DNA of 64,000 nt from Mytilus californianus (taxonomy: Eukaryota): assembly GCF_021869535.1 (NCBI RefSeq), contig NW_026262692.1, positions 1,736,001 to 1,800,000 of the forward strand, written 5' to 3'. Position numbers and translations under genes: made by a program. Below are positions 53,201 through 64,000 of this stretch, piece after piece; the stretch's first letter is position 1; every line of letters begins with the position of its first letter. A model generated the notes under the pieces. That model searched no databases. It saw only the letters and a list, made by a program, of their open reading frames with translations, and was not told the origin of the DNA.

Positions 53201-53332
53201 TTTGCATACTTGGAACTACTAAAATTAAATCACATGACATCAAATTAAGAGATAAAACCACGAAATGTTAACCATTAAACACTTAATGTTTCTACAGAAT
53301 ATTTACTATACCTCAGGCTCGTTGTCCTCCAT
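44074..53332 (-). CDS. SHFL: Shiftless (SHFL/C19orf66/RyDEN) homolog, paralogue B; 7 coding exons, 247 aa
   Basis: Exons (minus strand): 53332-53312, 51473-51362, 50754-50708, 49327-49196, 47090-46987, 46583-46432, 44249-44074. Sizes and phases match paralogue A; all GT-AG. Translation: [253 protein letters not shown] at 44049-44044. Confidence 0.93.
46250..46359. repeat. Near-perfect fold-back (52-bp arms, 6-nt loop, one mismatch) in SHFL-B intron 6; MITE-like
   Basis: GTTACATAGTGTGCTAGTGAC(G/C)TAATACGGTATATATGGGGTCAGTAAATTC-CATATA-reverse complement. Confidence 0.9.
46432..46583 (-). CDS. SHFL: SHFL-B coding exon 6
   Basis: cag|[16 protein letters not shown]...HSCLCHNCFNRA G|gtttgt, 152 nt. 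Confidence 0.92.
46987..47090 (-). CDS. SHFL: SHFL-B coding exon 5
   Basis: cag|VSRCVLCRIRYEAVPRQHEWGRAKYQCQFCGNIF AT|gtatgt, 104 nt. Confidence 0.92.
48044..48421. mobile_element. MITE-like element with ~30-bp inverted ends in SHFL-B intron 4
   Basis: AATTTTAGTCTGAAACGGTCATTTTGATCT (48044-48073) versus AGATCAAAATGACCGTTTCAGACCAAAATT (48392-48421), one mismatch; ACTGA/TCAGT-rich interior. Confidence 0.6.
49196..49327 (-). CDS. SHFL: SHFL-B coding exon 4
   Basis: tag|WQVIANN...[21 protein letters not shown]|gtaagt, 132 nt. Confidence 0.92.
50708..50754 (-). CDS. SHFL: SHFL-B coding exon 3
   Basis: cag|(E)[15 protein letters not shown]|gtaaaa, 47 nt. Confidence 0.85.
51362..51473 (-). CDS. 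SHFL: SHFL-B coding exon 2
   Basis: tag|[12 protein letters not shown]...ANFVID G|gtaaat, 112 nt. Confidence 0.88.
53312..53332 (-). CDS. SHFL: SHFL-B coding exon 1 (MEDNEPE)
   Basis: ATG GAG GAC AAC GAG CCT GAG|gtatag; paralogous to 28435-28455. Confidence 0.75.
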
Positions 53333-55341
53333 TTACATAACATACACTAGTCCTATCTTTTTAGATATAATTATTGACTGTTTATTGTTTACATTTGGTC
53401 AATACCAATCTACAGTCTATAATAAATCTTTAAAAGTATTTGTATACGAATTGCAATATTATTGTGGTTTAAAAATCAACTCAATATAATAGGCATGATT
53501 TCATCGATATCTTCGGATCAATGCATTTAAACATTGTGTTCATTTTTTCAAATTATTGTAGTCTAAAAACTAATATCATTTCTTATTGTTGTTACAAGTT
53601 TGCAAAAGTGTATTTGTTTTTTTACTTTCTCTGTGTACTTCTAAATGTATTTCATTAAATAATTACAATAGAGTTACTGTACGGATAAGTCTTCTAAGTT
53701 ATACTATTAAGAAATATATATTCGCCATTCGGGTATGTTTAAATCGCAAATGTAACATCAAAACAGATTACATAAACCTGGTATAACCACATTATACTAT
53801 ATTTACCGTGATTCTATAAATCTCTTATCGCGAGTTCGAGCGAAAACGACGAAAAACTTGTTTTCAGAATTTTCAATGTCCATCAAAATGTATTAAATTG
53901 ATTGTTCCAAAATTCATATCTAAAATAATAAGCATATAGTGCCTCGATAAAACTTTCAATATACATGAGAGATACTTTAAACGAAGACGAGATGAAGGGT
54001 TTCTCTCCACATCCCCCCTCCTACCTCCTCCGATTCCCATCTATTAATTCCGTTTTTTAAACACGTATAATACGGTATGCTTATTCGATATGCTACAAGA
54101 CAAGTAATGAACAAACTTCCGAACCTTTCATACCTAAATTAAAAAAATTATGATGTGTGCCTTCCATTTTAGGCTAATGTCGGAAATTTCGTAAAATCAA
54201 TGTGTGTTGCATTTCCAATGCTTTACTTCGGCATTTTATAAATATAAAGTTGATGAAAGTGTTGGACAATTGAGCCAATCGTAAGTCATGTTTCAATTTG
54301 TTTTTCAATAAACAACAATTTAATCACCGTCTCAGTACAATTTTGTAAATTGTAAATTGTATTTATGCTGAACTTCTTTTTGTTTTAATAAACTACATTA
54401 AGAATGTTTTGCATACAAGTGTTCTATTCAATAAACTCATCATAGATACCAGGATTAAAATTTTCCGTACTCCAGACGCGCGCCTCGTCCACACAAGACT
54501 CATCAGTTACGCTCGAATAAAAAAAAAAAAAAAAGGCCAAACAAAGCTCGAAGCAGAAAAGCACTGAAGAAGACCAAACATTCATAAGGAGCATTAGCTG
54601 ATTAATTTATATTCAATTGCGTTGCGTGTGTATTCTAGAATAGGCGCCATCGATATTTCGTAGGTCATATGAAATGATGTAAACATACATATAAATATAA
54701 ATACACAGACAAGCACGTATAAAACGATTTTTCTAGGTCTGTTTGGTTTCATATGTCATATTTAAAAACAATATGTTTTACCTGCATTTATTTGATATTT
54801 TGTGGTCAGAATCAGTATACCAAAGGCATCTTCTCGTTGGCTGTCTTGTTTCACTTTATAATGTTGTAATTCATTTCTTTTAAATAACTAAACATGACTA
54901 GCCAATGTGTAGTCCATCCCAGATAAGGGTTTAAATTAAGTTTGCATTAATACGGATTTCAAAAGAGTGGAATTTTTGACTTGAAAGCAAAAAAGGACAT
55001 CTTTGATTTTTTTTCAGTATATTTTGACAAAATCGACCCAAGGTGATTACCAGTAGCGAAATATTATTTTACATTTCAGTCATTATAAATGTTTGAATCT
55101 AAAAATAGTCTAAAATTGTTTTTTTGTTAACTTCGTAGCTAATGCTCCTTTAATTCTCTGTGAAGCTTTTATTTTATTTGCCACAATTTATACTCTTATC
55201 ACAACAAAACTAACAGATACAGATTGCAAATATCTGTCTACACATTTGAAGCCTTTTTACGGATTTACCATTATCAGGAACGTTAGAACCAAAACATTGA
55301 AAAGCGAAGTATGTATATGATGTATAAAGTACATAAAATAA

Positions 55342-55537
55342 TATTGTAAACCAAGTTATTTTTGCGGATACTTTATTTCGCGTTTAGCCCGTTCTAGCCC
55401 ACTACGCGGCGATTTGATTTCGCGATTTTCAAACTCATTTGTTGTAGCTAGAGAAGGAGAGATCCAAATTTTAAATTTTCGCGACGATTTATATTCGCGT
55501 CATTTTTATACTCGCAAAAATTAGTTGGTTTACAATA
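55342..55537. mobile_element. Short Tc1/mariner-like MITE (TA-flanked) with TTTCGCG-rich interior
   Basis: TATTGTAAACCAA ... TTGGTTTACAATA inverted ends. Confidence 0.55.
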
Positions 55538-55734
55538 ACCAAATCAATATAAAGTCCACTTTATCTGAAAAAAAATTTCTTACTTTATAATGGCTTGATA
55601 AAAAAAACCATTAAGCTGATGATAATCTTGGGGACTAGCAGTCCACAAACATCGGTATTACACCAAAGATAACAAAAAATTAATGTATATGTATTATAAA
55701 TTTGATGCGTCCGAAGCACTGTTCTGAATGTTCC

Positions 55735-55930
55735 TCCGTACCCTTCCGGAGCACCTGAGATCACCCCCCAGGTTTTGGTGGGGTTCGTGTTGCTCAGTCT
55801 TTAGTTTTCTATGTTTGTTTTGTGTACTATTGTTTGTCTGTTGGTTTTTTTTCTTTTTTAGCCATGGTGTTGTCAGTTTATTTTCGACTTATGAGTTTCA
55901 AGGTCCCTTTGGCATCTTTCGCCTCTCTTT
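55735..55930 (+). mobile_element. Fragment of another abundant repeat (ACCCTTCCGGAGCACCTGAGATCACCCCC...), likely a PLE 3' end
   Basis: Recognisable CCCTTCCGGAGCACCTGAG...GGGGTTCGTGTTGCTCAGTCTTTAGTTTTC block; a reverse partial copy lies at about 45225-45290. Confidence 0.5.
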
Positions 55931-58823
55931 TCCATATGAACGCAAAAAAGGACTCAAAAAGACAATCAAGGAAGTATGTAAATTAATATGTCTGTAGCAA
56001 AATACAAGAAATAACAGAAACGTTAACCTTAAAAGAAAAGCCAAATCCATATAAAGTCATCTTGGTTGAGGTAATAGAACCCCTTAGTTTCTTTATTATT
56101 TTAAAAAGTATCAACGGTAATTTAAAAAGGAATGCTATACATATTGTCAGTATCGAAGCACTGACAACTGAGCTGATAATAACCTTTCAACTAGCATCCT
56201 CCTAGCAGCGGTTTAAACCCAGCGTTTAAACATTAAATTCACTTTTGAAAGTTGGTACAGCCGAAGCACTTTTTGGGATTGACCTTCATCATAATCGATT
56301 ATACCCCAAAAGTTGTAGCCAATGGTGTATACATATCGAAGAACTGACTATAGAGCTGCTGCTAACATCAAGACTAGGCGTCTTTAAACAGTGGTATTGA
56401 CCAAGGTCTCACACATGAAGAATAAAGGATATTCAATCAATTTCTTTTCAAGCCCTTTTCTGGATTTGCCTACATTAAGAACGCTCAAAGTTCAATTGAA
56501 AGCTCAGGAAATATACATTACTTCAAATTTTGAGAAGTAATTTATTGGAGATATCGTTGTTATTAATTTACCAAACATCTGATGGTTATTATACAATTTG
56601 TACCCATCATTTGTTCGGACAAACAATTATTTCTGAATTGAAATCGAGAAATGTTTGGTCATATCAGTATGTGGACAAACTTGAAATATTTTCTTATTTG
56701 TTATACAACATATGTTATATAAACGTTGCTCAGGTAGCAAGGTCGCAACTTACCCGTATGCATATATTTTAATAGAATAAACAAATTGTAGTTCCGGTGT
56801 TTTTGTATTTTTTATTTTTCGACCTTAATATTTAGACTACAGAATTAAAATTAAAATTGCGCATAAGAGCGAATTCACTTTCTTCGATTTAAGATGTGGA
56901 ATTTATGTCACGCTATGTTTACACAAAGTTTGATCAGGAATGTATCAAGATTAGTAATTTTAATAAAATATTAATCACTTTAGAATGTGCTAAAATTAAT
57001 ACAGATATGTTAGATTTCTTTAACTCAGGATTCGTGATTAACATTCATTCACAGCTGTTCGTGTATAATCATACTGAACTTGGAATTGACTGATCAAATA
57101 GTTGATTTTTGTATTGGACGCTGTGCAATTATTAAGTCATTTACAATGTAGAAATGGATGCTTTATTTTATATAATAAAAGACCTATATATAATATATAT
57201 ACAACATGAACCATTCTTGATATTACAAGTATTAACACTACGGTTGGTCTTTCTTTGATCAATCCTGACACCCCTCGGTGTGTTCTACAACAATACTTTA
57301 AAATATGCATTATCTATAACATATATCGTTCGAATGGCGTGATTAAAAACGAATTATTAAGCCCTGAATTCGATTTTCTATGTTCTTTATATTTTAAACT
57401 ATTTTTTCATGAATATTTAAAAAATAATTGGACATGCTGAAGATTTTTGTTACAATCAAGTCAGCTGGTTTTGGAGCTCATTGTTCATACGGCGACTTTA
57501 AATAAACTGTAAGTTATTATATTTGCCTTTTAAACAAACATTAGACACAATATATTAAACAATCGAAGACATAGATTTCAGCGATTTACGCTGTAAATTA
57601 TAAACAATATTTATCCACTCTCGATATTAAGATTTGGCAACTTAAAAAATCAGTAGCAATATGACAAAAGAGACTTTTGAAAATAACAAAAGCTAAATTC
57701 TCCCAATGTCAACTTTGCCTGATAAATCTTGAACTTAAAGGGGTACCCAACACTTTTACTAAAATAGATTTGGTTCGTTTAATGTTCAAGAAATTTTGAT
57801 AAAATATTAACTTTGACCTGTTGGCAAAAATAAAAAAAATATTCAAGAAATTTAAACCACACGGGAATGATTTTAAAATTAGTTAACTCCCTTAAGTGTT
57901 CTGTACCCGCTAAAGATTCTTGATAATTCTCTGATTTATCAACGGACAATAGAAACAGATATCATGTTATTTCCGAGTAATATTAAGTTGGAGATATTCT
58001 TAGGGATAAACTTTCCACCAGCAACGGTATCGATCCAGTGCTACTAAGATATATAATTTACACTTTATAGAATTTATTCAATTTTCAAATGAAATACAAT
58101 CTTATCTATAGCATTTCGATATGACTACAACAGTTCCAATTATCGACTTTTAAACAGAAAAAGGAAATTAATTCAATAGGGTTCTTATAGATATGAGATT
58201 ACAAAGTACGTTGTTGTATTTCCACAACAGCAATTATCTCCATATACTATCTATCTACTGGCGATTTATTGTCCATCCATTTAAAAACAAAAATCATAAT
58301 TCTGTTAAGGATATTTGAAAGGATATTTAAATTTATCAAATATTGATATTCATGAAAACAAAAATTGTAAAGTGTCCTTAATAGACATAAATATTTTAGT
58401 TGAATCAATACTATTGATGCCAATGAATTTAATTACAATAGTCCTCAGTCATCAGAAAGTCAGGTTAGGTAATGCATTATTTAAACTTTTAATCTGACGA
58501 TTGTTACTGCAAACGTGTTGTTCAATTTTCATTATTACATCTTTAGAGTATACTTGTGTTATCTTTATTTAGCTAGATGGAAGTTAATAAGCTGTTATAA
58601 ATTAATTACTTACACATTGATGTCTAAGAATACTGCAATGTTAGAAGTTGATGAGCGTTTCCTATGTCAATTAGAAGATCTCAGTTTGTAATATAATTAA
58701 CTCAGCAAACTGTGAAATTATAACGTATACCTATGATAGTTGAGATTAAATTAAATAGTTTAAGATGGATGGTTATCTATTTTAATTACGCTTGATATAG
58801 TTCCATAGGAAAGTGTAGCAAGT

Positions 58824-59300
58824 ATGGCAAAAGTGCGTTGCATTTCAAATAGAGGAATAAAACACGAATTGTCAGATCAACTTTTAGGAAGAATTCGTGA
58901 AACTAACTCTGATGCTGCAGAACATATCATAACAGCAATAAAGGATGATTCTAACTGTATGGACTTTCGTTTTAATAGACACACTACGTCTACCAACAAC
59001 ATCTTTGATTATTTTAACGGAGGAAAATTACATATGCCAGAAGACATATGTCCACAGAAGTTCAATGAAGAACTTGAATTTTGGGGTTTACCAGAAACTG
59101 CATTAGAATCGTGTTGCTTCACTAAGTATGTTTCGTACTTTGATACCCTAAACGTTTTGTCTGTTTTAGAGGAAGGGGAATGTAAAAGAAATACCATGTT
59201 TGAAATAGTAGAGACGATGGCCAGAGGGCACGGATGGAGGTCTATTCAAGCGAGAGTGTGGTCTGTCATGGAATACCCAACTTCTTCTATTTTAGCCAAG
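58824..59300 (+). CDS. First coding exon of a divergent voltage-gated K+ channel (non-Shaker T1 domain), right copy; inverted paralogue of 6521-6997
   Basis: ATG at 58824, donor GCCAAG|gtaaaa at 59300; also 477 nt; 138/159 aa identical to the left copy (manual count); HX5CX20CC intact. Confidence 0.85.
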
Positions 59301-61417
59301 GTAAAAGATGTTATGTCAATTAGTGAAGTTTGTTTCAATTAATAGTACACCACAAGTGGTTTGTTAAATACATATATAAATGATAGAGGATACAAAAAGA
59401 TGTGATGAAAGATGGATTGATTGTTGCTTGCTTACAGGCCCCGAAATGATAAATGTATAACACTTTAAACAAGAAATATAACGGCTTGATTTATGTATTA
59501 AACAATAAACGAAAAACAAATTTTATAAAGACCAAAAACCGACAACCACTGAATAACAGTTCAATGCTAATTACAGCTAATAAAAAATCATGAAAATAAG
59601 ACTAAAATATCGATCAGTACACATCCAACATCCATTAAATTTAGTGTAAAGACGTCATTATCAGTTAAGAGAAGACATGCCCTTGTGCAATGCCAAAATA
59701 TAGGTATCGACAGATTGTAGTACCGTGAATGTATATATGTGTATAACAAAAATGTTTAGTTTGGTTTTAAATTTTTTATAATAAAATTGATATCTATACC
59801 GATAAAAAAAATATTCAAGGATCTAATTACAATGCTGAATTGGTAACCTTTTAGAAATGTTTTCTGAAAGAAACGACTAGTTTACCCGGATCTCATCTAC
59901 ATTTACGGGTTCGGATAACAACATCATCGTCACAATGAGGATGGGCTATCCCGCTTGTAAACGGTTTTCTTCAGCCACACTTCCAAACCAAATTTGTATA
60001 TCTATGAAAGAATTTTAACAAACGAAATCCTTTCCTTTATAACTTACCAGTATGCATAAATTAGGTTCATTGAAATCCAAACGTCACCACAGACGTGTGC
60101 ATAGAAAACGAGTTAAGATATATGAATACCAAAAGATGATGCAAAATGTATATTCTAATTAGTAACAAAGCTGATACGGAATGTCAATTACTATTCATGA
60201 ATGGATAGTTGTCTAATTGACGACCATACAATTTGTCCTTATCTTTATTATAAAGGCAAACAAAAGTTAAATAGGTGACGAACCTAATAATGTGGCAATC
60301 GCTAAAGCTTACAAATCTGACGCATAGAACAAAATAGCATGAAGCTCGGATTTGCAGTTGCTGGAGAAAATGCTAAGACAATATCTTGTAGATGTTTTCA
60401 TGTGAAGAACATACAGATGTGCAGCAAATAAGAGGTTGATAAGTGACGGCTCTGAAAATGCTTCACACGAAATAGCTTACAATTATAAAATTTGGTACCA
60501 AATAAAACAAAAACATTTAGTATGTGTAGTTGCTTAGAAAAGGCATCAGAAAGTGTTAAGGATTGACGAACGGACGAACGAACAAAATAAATTTAAACCA
60601 GTATAATAATGTCTTATACTTATAAGACAGTGTTTTGTTGTGTTCTTCTCTAGTTTTTAATTTATAACATGCAATTCATTACTGTAACAGTTGAAACAAA
60701 TAAGTGGCGATAAATGAGACAGTTATAAGTTTTATAAGTTTTAGGATAAACATTCACTTGTAGATGGATTCATTTCATCTTCAAAGTGAACATGAATTGA
60801 TTAATTAGAATAGAACATGGGCACCAGTAACTAATAGTATTACATAAATGTTGATGTTAGTTTATAAGCAGATAATTGACTGTCAATGACTTTTTAAAGA
60901 TTCAAGTTTAATCTTAAACTTGAATTAATTGCATGAATGAACATTCTTATTGATGTGGTGGTCGTTAAACGTGTCACGAACCCTATTGATTAACTATCTG
61001 GAGACTGTTATCATTATGTCTGTCTTGCATGTTTGTAACTATCCTTTCTGACAAGCAGTTGTTTGGAGGGATCAAGTCTGATGTAAAAGTGACAAAAGAG
61101 AGGTTTAGCTAGCTATAAATACATGTTAAATCCACCATTTCTACACAAGGAAATGCCTGTGCCAATTCAGGAATATGACAGCTGTTTTTCTTTCGTTTGA
61201 TGTGTTTCAGCTTTTGAATTTGCTGTTTGATAAAGGACTTTATGTTTTGACTTTTCATTGGAGTTCGGTATTTTTATCATTTTACTTTTTATTAATTAAC
61301 TATCTGGAGACTTTAATCATTATGTGTGTTTTACATGTTTGTAATCAATCTTTATGACAAACAACTGATTGGAAAGATCAAGACTGATGTAAAAATTAAA
61401 TGATACTTGTTGATTAA

Positions 61418-63778
61418 TTAGGTCTTTCCACTTTTCTGTGGAAAGACCTATTGGTTTTCTTCTGATCTTAGGTCTTTCCACTTTTCCGTGGAAAGACCTA
61501 TTGATTTTGTTCTGATTATTATTTTTTTTTTTCTTCCGCCTAATTTTTTTCTTGCGTAGTATTGTTGTTTCACAAGATGTCGCTAAGATATTTGGTATAT
61601 GATATCGAACAGTTTATACGCTTTTGAAACTGACAACCGCTTAACCGAATACTTTATGTTGTAAGAGTTATCTCCCCAAACACTGTTTTTCTTGTGGCCA
61701 CTACTCCTTCGCAACCGTAAAAGATTACTACAAATTTATTTTACCAAATTGCTCGCTATATCTTCAGAATGTTGAGTTTGGTTTTCACCGAAGCGTTCCG
61801 GAGACTCCATATGAGAGTTATTTCCCCTTATGCATTTGATATAAGTGATATGCATTTCTAACTGGTAAACCATAAGTGATAGAGACCTAGGGTATTTTGA
61901 TTTGAGGTCCCTGGTCCAAAAAAAAGAAAATTTGGTCAAGGTCAAAGGTCAAGGTCATATTCGAAATTTTGATTTTAGCTTATTTTCACTTCTTTTCAAA
62001 AACCGTATAAGATATCGACAACATATTATTACTAAATTGTTAGATGCGACATGTCGTAACACATACATTTTGGTTTAAAGGGTGCGCTAACATTAAATTA
62101 GAGTTTTCTCCCCTCTTGTATTTAAAAATACGTGTATGGTGATATAGCTCATTAACCATATATAATTAAGACCTAGGGTCTTTTGGTTTGAGGTCCTTAG
62201 TTAATGACCTTGAAATTGAGCTCAAGGTCATAGGTAAATTTGACGTTCTAGATTTTGACCTTTGCTTTTACCTCATATGTATACATGATAAAGCCATGGG
62301 ACTTTTTGCATTAGGTTGCAAGCCATTTGACCTTGGAAAAACCAACCGGAAGTGACCTTGTGTAAACCGGAAGTAGCTATTTTTTGTACTTATTTAATAT
62401 AAAAGCATATAGAACCATATATTTTTGGAATCAGTGTCAAGTAAACATTCAAATTATACCGGAAGTAACATTTTTCAAACCGGAAGTGACAAATTATCTC
62501 CTTTATTTAAAAAAAAATGTATAGAAACCATATATTTTCGGAATCAGCGTACAATAAGCTATCATTTGACGCTGGAAATGACATTTTAAACCAAATTGTA
62601 ATATTTTCATATCAAAATAGATCTTTGTGGTAGGAAAGACCTTCAAATGTTCTCTGAACAATTGGTTTTTAATTATTATTATTTTTTTTCTTCCGCCTAA
62701 TTTTTCTTCTTACGTAGTTTTGTTGTTTCATAAGATGTCGCTTAGATATTTGGAATATAATATCGTATAGTGTATACGCTTTTAAAACTGACAACCGCGT
62801 ATCCAAATACCTTACGTTGTAAGAGTTATCTCCCCAAACACTGTTTTTCTTGTGGCCACTACTTCTTTGCAACCGTAAAAGATTACAACAAATTTATTTT
62901 ACCAAATTGCTCGTTACATCTTCAGGATGAGGATTTTTATTTTGACCGAAGCTATCCGGAGACTCCATATGAGAGTTATTCCCCCTTATGTTTTGATATA
63001 AGTGATATGCGTTTCTAACTGGTAAACCATAAGTGATATTGGCCTAGGGTCTTTGGATTTGAGGTCCTTGGTCCAAAAAAAGAAAATTAGGTCAAGGTCA
63101 AAGGTCAAGGTCATATTCTAAATTTTGATTTTGGCTTATTCTCACTTCTTTTCAAAAACCTAATAAGATATCGACAACATAGTATTACTAAATTGTTAGT
63201 TGCGACATGTCGTAACACATACATTTTGGTTTAAAGGGTGCGCTAACATTAAAGAAGAGTTTTCTCCCCTCTTGTATTTAAAAATACGCGTATGGTGATA
63301 TAACTCATTAACCATATATAATTAAGACCTAGGGTCTTTTGATTTGAGGTCCTTGGTTAATGACCTTGAAATTGATCTCAAGGTCATAGGTAAATTAGAC
63401 GTTCTAGATTTGGACCTTTGCTTTTACCTCATATGTATACATGATAAAGCCATGGTACTTTTTGCATTAGGTTGCAAGCCATTTGACATTCAAAAATCCA
63501 ACCGGAAGTGGCCTTGCGTAAACCGGAAGTAGTTATTTTTTATACATATTTAATATAAAAGTATAAAGAACCATATATTTTCGGAATCAGTGTCAAGTAA
63601 ACATTCAAATTATACCGGAAGTAACATTTTTCAAACCGGAAGTGACAAATCATCTCCCGTATTTTAAAAAAATGTATAGAAACCATATATTTTTGGAATC
63701 AGCGTACAATAAGCTATCAATATAGATCTTCATGGGTGGAAAGACCTTCAATTGTTCTCTGAACAATTGGTTTTTAAT
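61418..63778 (+). mobile_element. Helentron/HINE (DINE-1/Pearl-like) non-autonomous element, two ~1.15-kb bodies head-to-tail
   Basis: The head TTAGGTCTTTCCAC-TTTTCC-GTGGAAAGACCT (12-bp inverted repeat) is duplicated at 61418 and 61468. Each body ends GGAAAGACCTTC plus a hairpin (final copy CAATTGTTC-TCT-GAACAATTG) plus GTTTTT, at about 62633-62670 and 63736-63775. Internal CCGGAAGT and CAAGGTCA motifs; the two bodies align end to end. Confidence 0.75.
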
Positions 63779-64000
63779 TATAGTTTGCTTCACTTCCTAT
63801 GGAAAAACTTTATGCAAATTAGGGACTAGAATAACAACGTTCATTTCAATAAGTAGGTTCTAGAAAGTGAGACACCAGGAAGAATGTAAGATTGTTGACG
63901 ACAATTAGAAAACGAGGATAAATTGGGGAGGAAAAACATGTTTGCCTTGCAACAAGCCCCAACTAGACCCTTAAAAAAGCTTATGAAACGAGAAAAGAGC

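Overview
AT-rich animal genomic DNA. The interspersed repeats resemble families I recognise from bivalve (Mytilus-type mussel) genomes; the taxon is inferred, not confirmed. Main result: the ORF track hides two complete, intact, 7-coding-exon paralogues of Shiftless (SHFL/C19orf66/RyDEN, the antiviral inhibitor of -1 ribosomal frameshifting). Both lie on the minus strand (16427-28455 and 44074-53332). Each encodes 247 aa with identical exon sizes (21/112/47/132/104/152/176 nt) and canonical GT-AG junctions, and they are about 81% identical by manual count. Between them, on the same strand, is an intronless RING-less TRIM-like gene (B-box1/B-box2/coiled coil/beta-propeller, 35609-37315) broken only by one in-frame TAG between the coiled coil and the propeller. 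This SHFL-TRIM-SHFL block sits between the 5' ends of two inverted paralogues of a divergent non-Shaker Kv channel (T1-domain exons at 6521-6997 minus and 58824-59300 plus); I did not find their other exons in the window. The rest is repeat-rich: Penelope-like (PLE) fragments and PLE-type minimal hammerhead ribozyme motifs (one with an intact core at 8900-8941), a complete non-autonomous Helitron, a head-to-tail Helentron/HINE-like dimer, a TTAA-flanked Kolobok-like element, SINEs, fold-back MITEs, minisatellites and several local duplications. All alignments, counts and family assignments were made by eye and from memory and need database confirmation.
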